IMG/VR virus record: IMGVR_UViG_3300042934_000841
Coordinates: 1-62,493 of that record
Source of the DNA: a virus
Lineage: Duplodnaviria > Caudoviricetes
Direction: 5' to 3' (one strand)
Length of the DNA: 62,493 nucleotides
The position numbers and the translations under genes are program-made. The first letter of the stretch is position 1. Every line of letters begins with the position of its first letter. Positions 1-9,916 of the stretch are shown here, one piece after another. The notes under the pieces are model-generated. The model was not told where the DNA came from and made no database searches. It was given only the letters and a program-made list of their open reading frames with translations.

Positions 1-1027
1 GACCCATGGTCTGCTTGGAAGCGATCAGCTGTTGGCCGATGGCGATGACCTTGTCAGCAATGGCCGATACGTCGGCAATGCTCACGTCGCTCGAGGAGAC
101 TTCTTTCTGAGCAGCAGGCTTTTCACGACCCAGCTTCAGGGAAGTCTTCGACAGCATGGCCAGGCCTTCGCCGTCGCCGATGGTCAGGTCGAAGAAGTAA
201 CCGCCAGGCAGTTTGCCCTTCATGTCTTCGGTCAGGCAGGCGTCAGCGTCGACTTTCGAAGCCGCTTCGTTCAGGCGCTGAGGAGTGACCTGGCCGCTTT
301 CAACGACAGCGATCAGCGGGGACAGAGCCGACAGCATGCGAGTGCTGTAGTTCTTGACGCCGACGTCGTAGCCTTTGACCACGTTTTCCAGAGCAGCAGC
401 AGGAGCGAATGCACCGCCAGTGCTCAGCGCGTCGATAGCGCCCGAGGACAGCTTGCCGGTCTTGTCGGTGATGGTGCCTTTGGTCGCAGCAGCTTTCTGC
501 TTCAGCGATTTACCAGCGGCCACAACAGCAGGACCCGACTTGCCGATGCGCTCGTAGAAGCCTTTGATGGCGTTCCAGGCGTTCAGCACGGCAGTCTTGA
601 TGCCGTTCCACAGTTTTTCCAGCAGGGCCTTGGCGCCTTCCAGAGCTTCCATGGACGCTTGCAGTTTGTCGCCAGTGCCGCCGAAGGATTCGACCGACAG
701 GGTGTAGTCCGACTTCTGGACTGGCAGACGGCGCATGGCGATGGACATGGCGCGGTTGTGGGTGTCAGCAGTCTGAGGGCTCATGCCGCCAGCGGCAACA
801 GCGCTTTCCAGGGCAACAACCAGGCTTTCCAGGGAATCAGCGGCGTCGGACAGGGTGTCAACGGCTTCTTCCTGGCCTTCGACTTCAGCACCGGCTTCGC
901 GGACTTCTTCCAGGATTTCGTCCAGTTCGATGACGGTTTCGCTGGTCACCGGGTTGATTTCCGGCTGGGCGTCGTCGAATGCCTCGAGAGAGACGCTCAG
1001 GGCGGTTTGAAGGATGTTCGATCGCAT
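1..1027 (-). CDS. Internal head/inner-body protein, phiKZ gp92-97 family (runs off the left edge)
   Basis: Absent from the ORF track; read manually as MRSNILQTALSVSLEAFDD...SLESLVVALES...SVESFGG...ASMEALEGAKALLEKLW. GGAG RBS, acidic propeptide, several S/A-x-E sites. Confidence 0.85.
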   Translation of the reverse strand, partial: MRSNILQTALSVSLEAFDDAQPEINPVTSETVIELDEILEEVREAGAEVEGQEEAVDTLSDAADSLESLVVALESAVAAGGMSPQTADTHNRAMSIAMRRLPVQKSDYTLSVESFGGTGDKLQASMEALEGAKALLEKLWNGIKTAVLNAWNAIKGFYERIGKSGPAVVAAGKSLKQKAAATKGTITDKTGKLSSGAIDALSTGGAFAPAAALENVVKGYDVGVKNYSTRMLSALSPLIAVVESGQVTPQRLNEAASKVDADACLTEDMKGKLPGGYFFDLTIGDGEGLAMLSKTSLKLGREKPAAQKEVSSSDVSIADVSAIADKVIAIGQQLIASKQTMG

Positions 1028-1152
1028 CGTGTGTTACTCCGTACGGATAAAAGGTTTTCTTTCTCATCGATGAGAAGAGATGCCGCCACAGAGGGTTAAC
1101 TCAGTAGCGGAACATCTCCTGCACACCATAGGTGTCTTTTTCGAAACACGGG

Positions 1153-1677
1153 TTACATCGGTGTTGGGTGATCAGACCACTGCTCAGGCAGCGTGCCTGC
1201 GATCAGGTAGAGCGAACTCACCAGATCGAACAATCCCGATTCTTGGCTCAACCATAGGGATATGAATTCCTCGGCAGGCAGACTCAGGATTGAATCCCAT
1301 TGACGCAGCTTGTCACGGTTGCCCGAAGCGTCGAACTGGGTGTTCAGCTTCGGGTGGAACTCGAGCAGGTCGGCGTAGTTATTCACCGAGATCACACGCG
1401 GGTAACCGTTGACGAAATCCAAGGTTGAGGCGACAAACGACAGTACCCACTGACTTGATGGGTTCCACAGTTGGTCTTTCAGGAGGTTGGAACCTTTGGC
1501 GAACAGCAAGCCTTTGGCATGAGTCACTGCATCGGCGACAAAGCCGAAGTCCTCATGCGGCGAACTGTGGGTCCGGTAATGCTCGAACATCGCATCGAAC
1601 ACAGGGTTCGAGAGATAGCCAGGTGCCTTGGCATTTCGAGTGACCAGAAACCCTCGGTGGGTCCTTACGTCATTCAT
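1153..1677 (-). CDS. Conserved virion-region protein (gp91-like)
   Basis: 174 aa; ATGA overlap with the upstream gene; synteny. Confidence 0.65.
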   Translation of the reverse strand: MNDVRTHRGFLVTRNAKAPGYLSNPVFDAMFEHYRTHSSPHEDFGFVADAVTHAKGLLFAKGSNLLKDQLWNPSSQWVLSFVASTLDFVNGYPRVISVNNYADLLEFHPKLNTQFDASGNRDKLRQWDSILSLPAEEFISLWLSQESGLFDLVSSLYLIAGTLPEQWSDHPTPM

Positions 1678-2567
1678 GCGTATTTCTTCTCCATCTTGGC
1701 GATCTTCTCAGCCAGATCATTGAGGTACTCTTCGTACTTCTTGATCGACTTTTCGAGGACAGCGTCCTCTTTGCCCTGCGCTTGAAGGCGCAGTTGCTCG
1801 ACGCGGTATTCGATGGTACGAACGTCTTCTTTCATCCGCTCGTAACGCGCCACTTGAAGCTGCGCCCATGCGATACCGAAACTCATGAACATCGGGGTGA
1901 CGCCGGGGATGAAGTTGCTCTTCAGTGGGTCCAGACGGTTGATGCCCACGGTAGGCACGATGGTGATCTCGTCATTCTCACCGACGCCGATGTCCGGGAT
2001 GTCCTCGATCTTCTTCACGATGTCACGATCGGCTTGAGCGAAGGTGTTGAGCAACCGGAAGAACGTCTCTTGGTTGGCTTCCAAGAAGGCCAGCTCAGGC
2101 TTCGGACGTTCGGCCCCAGGGGTCAACGTCTTGGCTTGAACGTTGGCTTCAGTCACCAACAGGTAATGCAGCATCTGGCGCGAGTAGGTCACGGTGAAGT
2201 CCATGAACCCCAAGATGCGCAGGATCTCTGCACGCTTGTAGGTGATGCCTTCGACGACGATGTCCTTGTTGTAGGACTTGTCGATCAACCCGCCGAGCAG
2301 ATCACTGATGCCGCTGATGTTCAGCAGGATTTGCAGGATGATCTCGGACGGGGTGCCGCGGTACTGAACCTTGACGCTGCGTTTAAAGGCAGAGTCGAAG
2401 TCCTTACCCGCTTTGGACTTGAAGGCCGGTTTACCCAGCACTTCATTGGCGTTGGTGTAGCAGGCGATGCTTTGCTGGAGGGCTTGCGAGATAAGGCGCA
2501 GCTTCTCCTTCACGTCGTCCTTGGTGAAGGACGGCACGAGTTGACGCAGGAAATTGATGATACGCAT
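1674..2567 (-). CDS. Virion head protein (gp90-like)
   Basis: 297 aa with C-terminal coiled coil; AGGAAG RBS; synteny. Confidence 0.7.
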   Translation of the reverse strand: MRIINFLRQLVPSFTKDDVKEKLRLISQALQQSIACYTNANEVLGKPAFKSKAGKDFDSAFKRSVKVQYRGTPSEIILQILLNISGISDLLGGLIDKSYNKDIVVEGITYKRAEILRILGFMDFTVTYSRQMLHYLLVTEANVQAKTLTPGAERPKPELAFLEANQETFFRLLNTFAQADRDIVKKIEDIPDIGVGENDEITIVPTVGINRLDPLKSNFIPGVTPMFMSFGIAWAQLQVARYERMKEDVRTIEYRVEQLRLQAQGKEDAVLEKSIKKYEEYLNDLAEKIAKMEKKYA

Positions 2568-2591
2568 GTCGGTCTTCCTAGGTGCGAGGGG

Positions 2592-3929
2592 TTAGATACG
2601 GCCGGGCGCTTTGCCAAGCTGGTAGGATTTGAGAATGTCCATCAGCTCTTTGCTGTCGGACTTGCCCGCCGTCTTCATCATGTCTTTCGACAGTTTGGTC
2701 GGCATGTCGATACCACGAGTGTAAATGGTGACCGATTCCCAATCCGGGTCCACCACAGCGAGCAGCATGCTGTAGGTCTGGCCGAAGATCCCTTGGCGCA
2801 CTTTGAAGCTGGACAGTTGCCCACCAATCTGACGTTCCAGTTCTTCAGCGGTTTGCTGAGTGATCACAATGATCGAACTGGCTGTGCCCAGGGAAGGGCC
2901 GGAGGTCAGGATTTCTGCCATGCCATTACGCTTGGCACGGTTGTAGACGGTTTTGTAGTAACCGGTTTCGTCATTCATCGACGCCGCACGGTGAGCATCC
3001 ACGCGGTCCATGGCCATGACGAAGTCAGACCAGAAGCGCAACTCACCGGCACGCCATGCGCGCCACCGGCCGCGGAAGGACATGTCCACGCCACCCAGAG
3101 CCAGCGTCTGTACCATGGCAGTCGGGTTCATGCCAGCGACCCGTAGACGGATCATGACCGGGACCTTGGCTTCTTTGCCGTCTTCGGAGATGGTCACTTC
3201 CACGATGTTGCCCACAGCGAGGTTGGTGATGGACTGAACGATCTTGTTCGGGTCGGTCACACGGTTACTGTCGGAAGTACCGTAAGTCGCTTTGGTCAGA
3301 TCCTTCTTGTACTTCTCGCCTTCAACTGCGTCTTCGATCTTTTGACGGTCAGCATCAGCAAGGGCCTCGAAGGAAGCGCCGTAACCTGGGTTGACACCTT
3401 CCATGGCTTCAAACGAAGCGCATTGTTCGGCGAACTCTTTCAGGTAGGCCAAGTTGGCCGATTCGAAACTGGCGCGCTGCACGTCTTTGGCAAACGGCAG
3501 ACCGATGTCCATCGACTCGAATGCCGAGCCAATAGCAGTGGCGGTCGCATCAGCCAAATCACGGTCAGTGGCAAACTTGTCTAGACGACGACCCACGCTT
3601 ACACCGTTGATGGTGGTGTCGAGGGAAACCGACAAAAGCCAATATCCGGTGAAGAGGTTGTAAAGACTATGTACAACGTCTTGAATGAACGGAACTTGCG
3701 ATGCGCGCTGATCCATCAAGAGAATTGGCTCAACACGGGCAGATTGTGTGACACGAACCAGATCGGTCTGCTGGCTGGCTTTCAAGGTGGCCTTCGCGCC
3801 CTCGATTACCTTACCTGCCGCGTCGTCCCCAATCTTATTCACAATCGCTTTGGCGACCATGGGGCCCACAAGAGCTACTGCCGCAGCCCCAAGCGCTACC
3901 AGGGATTCCTGAGAGGCTGTTTTGTTCAT
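2592..3929 (-). CDS. Virion head/inner-body protein (gp89-like)
   Basis: 445 aa; ASQE, SAFE and three ASFE putative processing sites; synteny. Confidence 0.75.
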   Translation of the reverse strand: MNKTASQESLVALGAAAVALVGPMVAKAIVNKIGDDAAGKVIEGAKATLKASQQTDLVRVTQSARVEPILLMDQRASQVPFIQDVVHSLYNLFTGYWLLSVSLDTTINGVSVGRRLDKFATDRDLADATATAIGSAFESMDIGLPFAKDVQRASFESANLAYLKEFAEQCASFEAMEGVNPGYGASFEALADADRQKIEDAVEGEKYKKDLTKATYGTSDSNRVTDPNKIVQSITNLAVGNIVEVTISEDGKEAKVPVMIRLRVAGMNPTAMVQTLALGGVDMSFRGRWRAWRAGELRFWSDFVMAMDRVDAHRAASMNDETGYYKTVYNRAKRNGMAEILTSGPSLGTASSIIVITQQTAEELERQIGGQLSSFKVRQGIFGQTYSMLLAVVDPDWESVTIYTRGIDMPTKLSKDMMKTAGKSDSKELMDILKSYQLGKAPGRI

Positions 3930-3961
3930 GAGAGATTCCTTTATTAAGGCGGTATGAAAGA

Positions 3962-5095
3962 ATGGACAGCGATTACAAATTGATGAAAGACGTTCTTGAC
4001 GTTATTGCCAAGAACGGAGGGTTTGAAAGCGATGATGGGTTGATGCGTAGACTCTCTCGCGAACAAGGACAGGGTTCCATCGGTGCACAGTTTCACGACC
4101 TCTTGGGTGGTTTCAACCGGGGGCAACAAGGTAACCCATTGCCTGTCAACACTGACATGCAGGGACTTACGTTTTTTACACGTCCGAACTTGAATTTGTC
4201 ATACGATAACGTCATGGCGATCCGCCAATTGTCGGTTTTGGCCAGTAAGATCCCTGCGTCATACAGCCGGGTAGTGCGCCGGATGTTGTGGCCCGATGGG
4301 AAATACTCAGACATTTCTGGGGATAAAGCACTCTTCGACAACCGACACGCTTTTATGCCGTTGCTCAGTAACTCGATTACCAGCATGTCTGGATGGCCCG
4401 ACATGACGTTGCACGCCTACAGCAGTAACGAAGGGATGGCCAAAGAAGTCTGGATGATGAACGACTCGATCGCAGAGATCAACGGGCGGTTTGACCTAGA
4501 CTGTACTTTCGAAAATACGCTAGGCGATCCTATATCATTGACTTTCTTTGCTTGGCTTCTCTACATCGGTGGCGTGTATTTGGGGACAAAAATCCACACC
4601 TCAGGCTACAACATTCTGCAAGTAGAGATGGATTACAACACACGGATTTACCGTTTCCTGACTGACTGGTCGGGACGCTACATCCAGAAGTGGGCCGCCT
4701 GTGGTGCTGCTTTCCCCACCGGTCTTTCGATTGGTTCGGGTTTTAACTTCAACCGTGACCAACCGTACTCCGAAGCCAACAAGTCGATCCAGATTCCGTT
4801 TGCCTGCACCGTGGCTGAATACAATGACCCGATCACCCTCTGGGAGTTCAACAAGGTCACTGTGATGCACAACCCGGACATGGGAGATGACGTGCGGGAC
4901 AACCGCATGCAACAGATCACACCCGAAGAGCGCAAGCTGTTCAACTACCGGGGGTTCCCATGGATCAACCTGGACAAGAACAACGAATTGGAATGGTGGG
5001 TGGATAACGACGTGTACATCGATTTCACCAAAGGCAAGATCATCGGTGACACCGTTTCCCGGACCACGCCGATTCAAACCACTGTAGGGAATTAA
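3962..5095 (+). CDS. Virion structural protein (gp88-like)
   Basis: 377 aa; GLTFFTRPNLNL and DYNTRIYR motifs; TATG just upstream. Confidence 0.7.
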   Translation: MDSDYKLMKDVLDVIAKNGGFESDDGLMRRLSREQGQGSIGAQFHDLLGGFNRGQQGNPLPVNTDMQGLTFFTRPNLNLSYDNVMAIRQLSVLASKIPASYSRVVRRMLWPDGKYSDISGDKALFDNRHAFMPLLSNSITSMSGWPDMTLHAYSSNEGMAKEVWMMNDSIAEINGRFDLDCTFENTLGDPISLTFFAWLLYIGGVYLGTKIHTSGYNILQVEMDYNTRIYRFLTDWSGRYIQKWAACGAAFPTGLSIGSGFNFNRDQPYSEANKSIQIPFACTVAEYNDPITLWEFNKVTVMHNPDMGDDVRDNRMQQITPEERKLFNYRGFPWINLDKNNELEWWVDNDVYIDFTKGKIIGDTVSRTTPIQTTVGN

Positions 5096-5097
5096 TC

Positions 5098-8025
5098 ATG
5101 GCAAATCGCAGTGACCTGTCCGCCTTGATTGACAGCGCGCGGATCAACCCGATGGCTGTTCAAAAGGCAGGCATCAGCTTCTTGGAAAAGGTGCGCAATG
5201 GCGAAGTCGAAATCGTCGACGCCAGTAACGCTTTTGTGTACATGGGGGAGTTTGCAGCCACCTTGTTCACCAACTCGATTCGTCGCAATGAATTGAGCAT
5301 GTCCCGTCAGTACCCTGAACTGGCCAACACCCGCAAAGACCTGTACCACCACATGGCGAACATTGATTACGTCAACACGTTCTCAACGCCATCAGTGGCC
5401 ACGATCAGTTTCAACTTCAATAAGGAAGAACTGATCAGCAAGGCCGTTGCCACAGGTGTCGCTGGGATCAAGAAACTGGTCATCGGTCGCAACACCCAGA
5501 TCATGGTGGGCGCGGTCCCGTTTACCTTGCAATACCCGATCGAGATTCGTGTGCTGTCTCACGGCGGTCTTCAGATCGTTTACGACAACAGCCGTCCAAG
5601 TCCGTTGCAGTTACTCGAAAGCAACAACGTGACATGGTCCACGGAGAACTACAACACCGGTCACACGGACTACATCCGCATTGACGTCCCAGTGAACCAG
5701 ATGGAGTTGAAGTCCTACACCGCACCGTTGATGGCCTCCAAGGTGTTCGACAAGACCTACTCCTACACGGACACCTTCTACCATTGCCGGGTCTACGCCT
5801 CCAATGCTGCCGGTGGTTGGGATGAGATTGGCACCACGCATTCGGATCAGGTCTTTGACCCATTGACCCCCACGGCGATGCTGCAAGTGCTCGACGGCGG
5901 TCAGTTGAACGTCTCCATCCCTCAGGTCTATTACTCGACCGGTCTGGTCACTCGGACCTTGCGCATTGACATCTTCACCACCAAGGGTGCGTTGGAGTTG
6001 GCACTGGGCACGTACGGAGCAGACATGTTCCTGCCAACGTGGCGGGATCTGGACAAGGATGACAACGGCAAGTACAGCGCGCCGATTGCGCAGATGGTCG
6101 ATGGGTTCATTGTGTCGACCAGTTCGGCCACCGGCGGTTCGAATGAGATCTCGTTTGAGAAACTCAAGGCCCGTGTGATTGCCAACGCGTTGGGTCCGAT
6201 CGATGTGCCAATCACCAACGTCCAGATTCAATCGCAGTTGGACCGTTTGACGGACGCCGGGTTCAGTGGTGTGGTCGTCGTGGATAACGCCACCAAGCGT
6301 CTCTACATCGCTACGCGTGAGTTACCAGCACCGGACATCGCTGAGATCTCCACCGGGATTGGCAGCAACGTGGTCACGCTGATGAAGACAGCGGCTGAGA
6401 TCCTGACTACAGCTGACGTAACGGACAACGGCACCCGGATCACTGTGCTACCTACCACACTCTACAAGAACGAAGGCGGTTACCTGTCGATCGTCTCTCC
6501 TGAGCAGCGCACCGAGTTGCTCTCGTACGAAGGCGACAGTCGTGTGGAACGCGTCACCGAGGGTAACTTCCTCTACAGCCCATTCCACTACGTCTACGAC
6601 TTCACCGACAACGTCTTCACGGTGCGTCCTTATTATTTCGGTGATCCTCTGATCTCCCGTAAGTTCTTCGTGGACGACAACGGCACGCTGGGTGTGGGCA
6701 TCTCGAACGGCAATCACGACTTCCGCCGTACGGACACAGGGTGGAGCCTGCGGGTAATGACCTCTTCAACGGACAGCCTGAAAGCGTTGGACGATGATTC
6801 GGTCGTGGCGCAACTGGCGTTCGTGCCAGTGGGTGAGATTGGCCGTTGCTACTTGAACGGTACGCTGGTCGGTCGGGATACCGTGACCAAAGAGTGGATC
6901 TTCGAATTCGCCTTTGACACTTCATGGGACGTGGACCCTGCCAACTCGATCTACCTCAATGGCTTTGCCGTGGATGGGATCGAGCCGCATCCTTACCCTG
7001 CGACCTTGAGCACGGTGTTTGACGTGTTCTTCGCGGTGGAAGAGGATGCTTTGGTGGAAGGCGGTGACACCGGCGACATCGATCTGGTCATGGGTAAGTG
7101 GTTGATTGATCGCTCAGTGATTGGTCTGTACCACGAGCAGTTGACCCTGACACTGGGGTCTGAACTGTCCGGCTTGTGGGTACCGGCACGCAGCACGATC
7201 GGTGAAGAATCCTACGCTCGCTACGAAGCCAACATTCCCAAGTACTACACCGTTGACGTCCCTAAAAAGGATGAGAACGGTGCTCTGGTGCTGGAGAAGG
7301 ACGGTAACGGTGTGCTGCGGATGGTCTACGAACATCGGGCAGGTGATCCTGAACTCAATGCCGACGGCTCGCCTGTCTGGCTCCATGAGAAAGGTCAGAT
7401 CATGTACCAAGACGGTCAGCCGATTGTGGTCTCGCCACGCACGATTACCCGTCAGGTCGATCTGTGTGTCTTTGACGGGGTGTACTACTTCGCCACAGCC
7501 ACCACTGACACCGACTACAAGGCCACTGTCCCGACTCAGATCGTTGAGTGGGTCAACGTCACCTTGGCCCCCATCCGCAAGAAGGTCCTTGAACAGACTG
7601 AGCTGCGCTTTCACCCTAAAGCGACCATTGGCCGTGTGGATGTGATCGTGGACAGCAGTGAGAAGACCTCCATGGAAGCGGCGCAAGGCCTGACCATCAC
7701 CTACTACGTCACCGACAAGGTCTACCGCGACGAGGCCCTCAAGACCGAGATCCGCAAGTCGACCCGTCGTGTGATCACCGCTGCCTTGGCAGCGCAGAGC
7801 ATCACCCGTGACAACATTGAGCAACAGCTCAAGTCGACCATGGGCGATGACGTGATCGGTGTGGACATGGAAGGGTTAGGTGGTACAGCGAACTACCGTG
7901 TGGTTTCCATGATGGACGATTCAGCGCGCCTGTGCATCGGTAAGAAGTTGACCTACTTGCCGAACAAGACGTACAGCGTTGAAGACAACATTGACACGTT
8001 GTTCGTGCGACATGCTGCTGAGTAA
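5098..8025 (+). CDS. Large virion structural protein (gp87-like, probably baseplate)
   Basis: 975 aa, beta-rich; 2 nt after the previous gene; synteny. Confidence 0.7.
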   Translation: MANRSDLSALIDSARINPMAVQKAGISFLEKVRNGEVEIVDASNAFVYMGEFAATLFTNSIRRNELSMSRQYPELANTRKDLYHHMANIDYVNTFSTPSVATISFNFNKEELISKAVATGVAGIKKLVIGRNTQIMVGAVPFTLQYPIEIRVLSHGGLQIVYDNSRPSPLQLLESNNVTWSTENYNTGHTDYIRIDVPVNQMELKSYTAPLMASKVFDKTYSYTDTFYHCRVYASNAAGGWDEIGTTHSDQVFDPLTPTAMLQVLDGGQLNVSIPQVYYSTGLVTRTLRIDIFTTKGALELALGTYGADMFLPTWRDLDKDDNGKYSAPIAQMVDGFIVSTSSATGGSNEISFEKLKARVIANALGPIDVPITNVQIQSQLDRLTDAGFSGVVVVDNATKRLYIATRELPAPDIAEISTGIGSNVVTLMKTAAEILTTADVTDNGTRITVLPTTLYKNEGGYLSIVSPEQRTELLSYEGDSRVERVTEGNFLYSPFHYVYDFTDNVFTVRPYYFGDPLISRKFFVDDNGTLGVGISNGNHDFRRTDTGWSLRVMTSSTDSLKALDDDSVVAQLAFVPVGEIGRCYLNGTLVGRDTVTKEWIFEFAFDTSWDVDPANSIYLNGFAVDGIEPHPYPATLSTVFDVFFAVEEDALVEGGDTGDIDLVMGKWLIDRSVIGLYHEQLTLTLGSELSGLWVPARSTIGEESYARYEANIPKYYTVDVPKKDENGALVLEKDGNGVLRMVYEHRAGDPELNADGSPVWLHEKGQIMYQDGQPIVVSPRTITRQVDLCVFDGVYYFATATTDTDYKATVPTQIVEWVNVTLAPIRKKVLEQTELRFHPKATIGRVDVIVDSSEKTSMEAAQGLTITYYVTDKVYRDEALKTEIRKSTRRVITAALAAQSITRDNIEQQLKSTMGDDVIGVDMEGLGGTANYRVVSMMDDSARLCIGKKLTYLPNKTYSVEDNIDTLFVRHAAE

Positions 8026-8033
8026 GGCATAAG

Positions 8034-8072
8034 GCATAGAGCCCCGGAGCGCAGTGCTCCGGGGCTCTATGC
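8034..8072. terminator. Bidirectional terminator
   Basis: GCATAGAGCCCCGGAGC-GCAGT-GCTCCGGGGCTCTATGC inverted repeat between convergent genes. Confidence 0.85.
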
Positions 8073-8074
8073 TG

Positions 8075-9409
8075 TTACTTGACGTAACCTTTGCTGAATT
8101 GCCACAACGTTGCTGAGAGGTCCACACGGGCCGCTGCAACTGCATTGAGGACTTTACCGCCGTACAGCAGGATGTATTGCAGACGGAACATCTCAGCCAA
8201 CACGAGGTGTGCGTATTCGGCCACATCGTTACTGAGGTTCATCTTGCCGGAGTCCAGCAGCTTGGCGTCATGACGGAACGCATCGTGCAAGCTCTTTTGC
8301 TTGTCCATGATCGCAGTGCACTTGGCTACCGCGGTCTTGTACCAGGACGCATCGTTCTTGCCGATGAAATCACGGACGATCATCATCTCACCAACCGTGA
8401 ACCGGTCATGCGAGGCACGGTTAAACGCACGGCTGACTTGATCATCGAACGCAGCACCATTGACCAGACCGTGGAACAGCACTTCTTCAACCTTGTTAGG
8501 CTTGTGGAACTGCTTGCCCGGTGGGCACTGGACAGGGTCGAACGCTTTGTAGATGACGTCGTACAGCTTGGAACCCGGTTGTGGGTACAGCGCCACCTTG
8601 ACCAAACGGTTGGCCATGAGGTCTTCCCATGCAAACTGAAGACGACCGAGCATCTCGGAGATCTCAGGTTGAGCGGCCACAAAGATGTTCACGGCTTCGT
8701 TGATGCTCAAACCGGTGCCTGCCAAGTGCTTGTTGGCCAGCATGGCATCGGCCAAGACAGACTTCTTGCCCAGCTGCGGGTTGTTGAACGCAGGGGCCGT
8801 CAGGTTGAAGCGAGAAGACGTCATGTCTTCAAGTCCTACGTTGACGTTCGCTTTGTTATCCGCCTGCGCCTTGTCGAACAGCTTACACACCACAGGGTCA
8901 GCGCGTTCAGCCTCACCCAGCTTCTTACCAATGCCGAACAGGGCACGGATAACGGCAGTGATCAGGTTGATGACCGTGCTGATGACGCCCATGATCATCT
9001 TGGCAATCAGTTTGAGCACCGAGGAGATCAGGCCTTCACAGGTCGCGGTGTAGTTCACCTTCGAACCCATTTCGGTGTACGACTTCATCGGCGTCTTTTC
9101 AAAGAACGACTGGATCGATTCCACCGATGCCGTGATGTTCTTGATCATCTGCGCTTCAGGACGGCTGATGTGACCGGCCTTGGTGACTTCTTTGTACAGG
9201 CTTTGCAGGTGTTCGATCGACGCTTGCATGCTGACCGTGATGTCCATCGCTTCTTCAAGCGCTTGGGTCTGGTCTTCCAGCGGGTCTTCGGCCGGAATCA
9301 ACAGGGCATCAAGTTCTTCCATCGTCACGTCAGTGGAGATCTCATCGAAATGGATACCCGCGATCTCGTTTGGCTCTACGATGGCCCCAGATTCACTTAT
9401 CATGGTCAT
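8075..9409 (-). CDS. Processed head protein (gp86-like)
   Basis: 444 aa; acidic N-terminus; ASIE, ASVE and ATCE sites followed by an amphipathic helix; GAGG RBS. Confidence 0.7.
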   Translation of the reverse strand: MTMISESGAIVEPNEIAGIHFDEISTDVTMEELDALLIPAEDPLEDQTQALEEAMDITVSMQASIEHLQSLYKEVTKAGHISRPEAQMIKNITASVESIQSFFEKTPMKSYTEMGSKVNYTATCEGLISSVLKLIAKMIMGVISTVINLITAVIRALFGIGKKLGEAERADPVVCKLFDKAQADNKANVNVGLEDMTSSRFNLTAPAFNNPQLGKKSVLADAMLANKHLAGTGLSINEAVNIFVAAQPEISEMLGRLQFAWEDLMANRLVKVALYPQPGSKLYDVIYKAFDPVQCPPGKQFHKPNKVEEVLFHGLVNGAAFDDQVSRAFNRASHDRFTVGEMMIVRDFIGKNDASWYKTAVAKCTAIMDKQKSLHDAFRHDAKLLDSGKMNLSNDVAEYAHLVLAEMFRLQYILLYGGKVLNAVAAARVDLSATLWQFSKGYVK

Positions 9410-9428
9410 GTCACTACCTCGGAATAGG

Positions 9429-9454
9429 CCATGGCGCCCCTGAGAGCGCCATGG
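9429..9454 (-). terminator. Hairpin/putative terminator
   Basis: CCATGGCGC...GCGCCATGG, intergenic. Confidence 0.55.
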
Positions 9455-9460
9455 TGGGGT

Positions 9461-9910
9461 TTACGCTGCCTGAGCAGGGGCAATGTAGCGGGTGATGAAA
9501 TCCGCGAAGCTGCTACGCGCTGTGGAGGCGTAGTTGTTGAACACGGCGGACGCTTGGTCGTCGGTCAAGCAGGCGTTGGTTGCACTGCGGTTGAGCAGAG
9601 CAGCAACGTCGCTGTTGGTCAGCAGGCGCGGTTCGTGGACCAGTGCGTAACGGGACTTGTAGAAGTCCACGGCGGCGTTGTAGCAGGTCTGCACGGAGAT
9701 CGGGTACATCTCGTTGATTTCGCCGATGATGCGCTTGGCCAGAGGGCCGGTCATCTCTTCGAAGTATTGCACCACCGAGGCCACAGGCGACGATGGCAGG
9801 GCTGCGGAGAAACCAATCTCAACAGCCAGCGACATTTCAAGGAAGACCTTCTTGTTCTGGCCTTCCGGGCATGCTTGGTCCAAGCACTTCAACAGATCAG
9901 TGATTTTCAT
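9461..9910 (-). CDS. Virion-region protein (gp85-like)
   Basis: 149 aa; co-directional in the head operon. Confidence 0.65.
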   Translation of the reverse strand: MKITDLLKCLDQACPEGQNKKVFLEMSLAVEIGFSAALPSSPVASVVQYFEEMTGPLAKRIIGEINEMYPISVQTCYNAAVDFYKSRYALVHEPRLLTNSDVAALLNRSATNACLTDDQASAVFNNYASTARSSFADFITRYIAPAQAA

Positions 9911-9916
9911 GGGGTA

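Noticed and set aside
1061-1076. 16-bp palindrome TTCTCATCGATGAGAA in a leader
   Set aside because: Single occurrence with no second copy noticed; function cannot be supported.
4170-4180. T6 run in the gp88-like gene
   Set aside because: It encodes the conserved TFFT motif and is not an X XXY YYZ heptamer.
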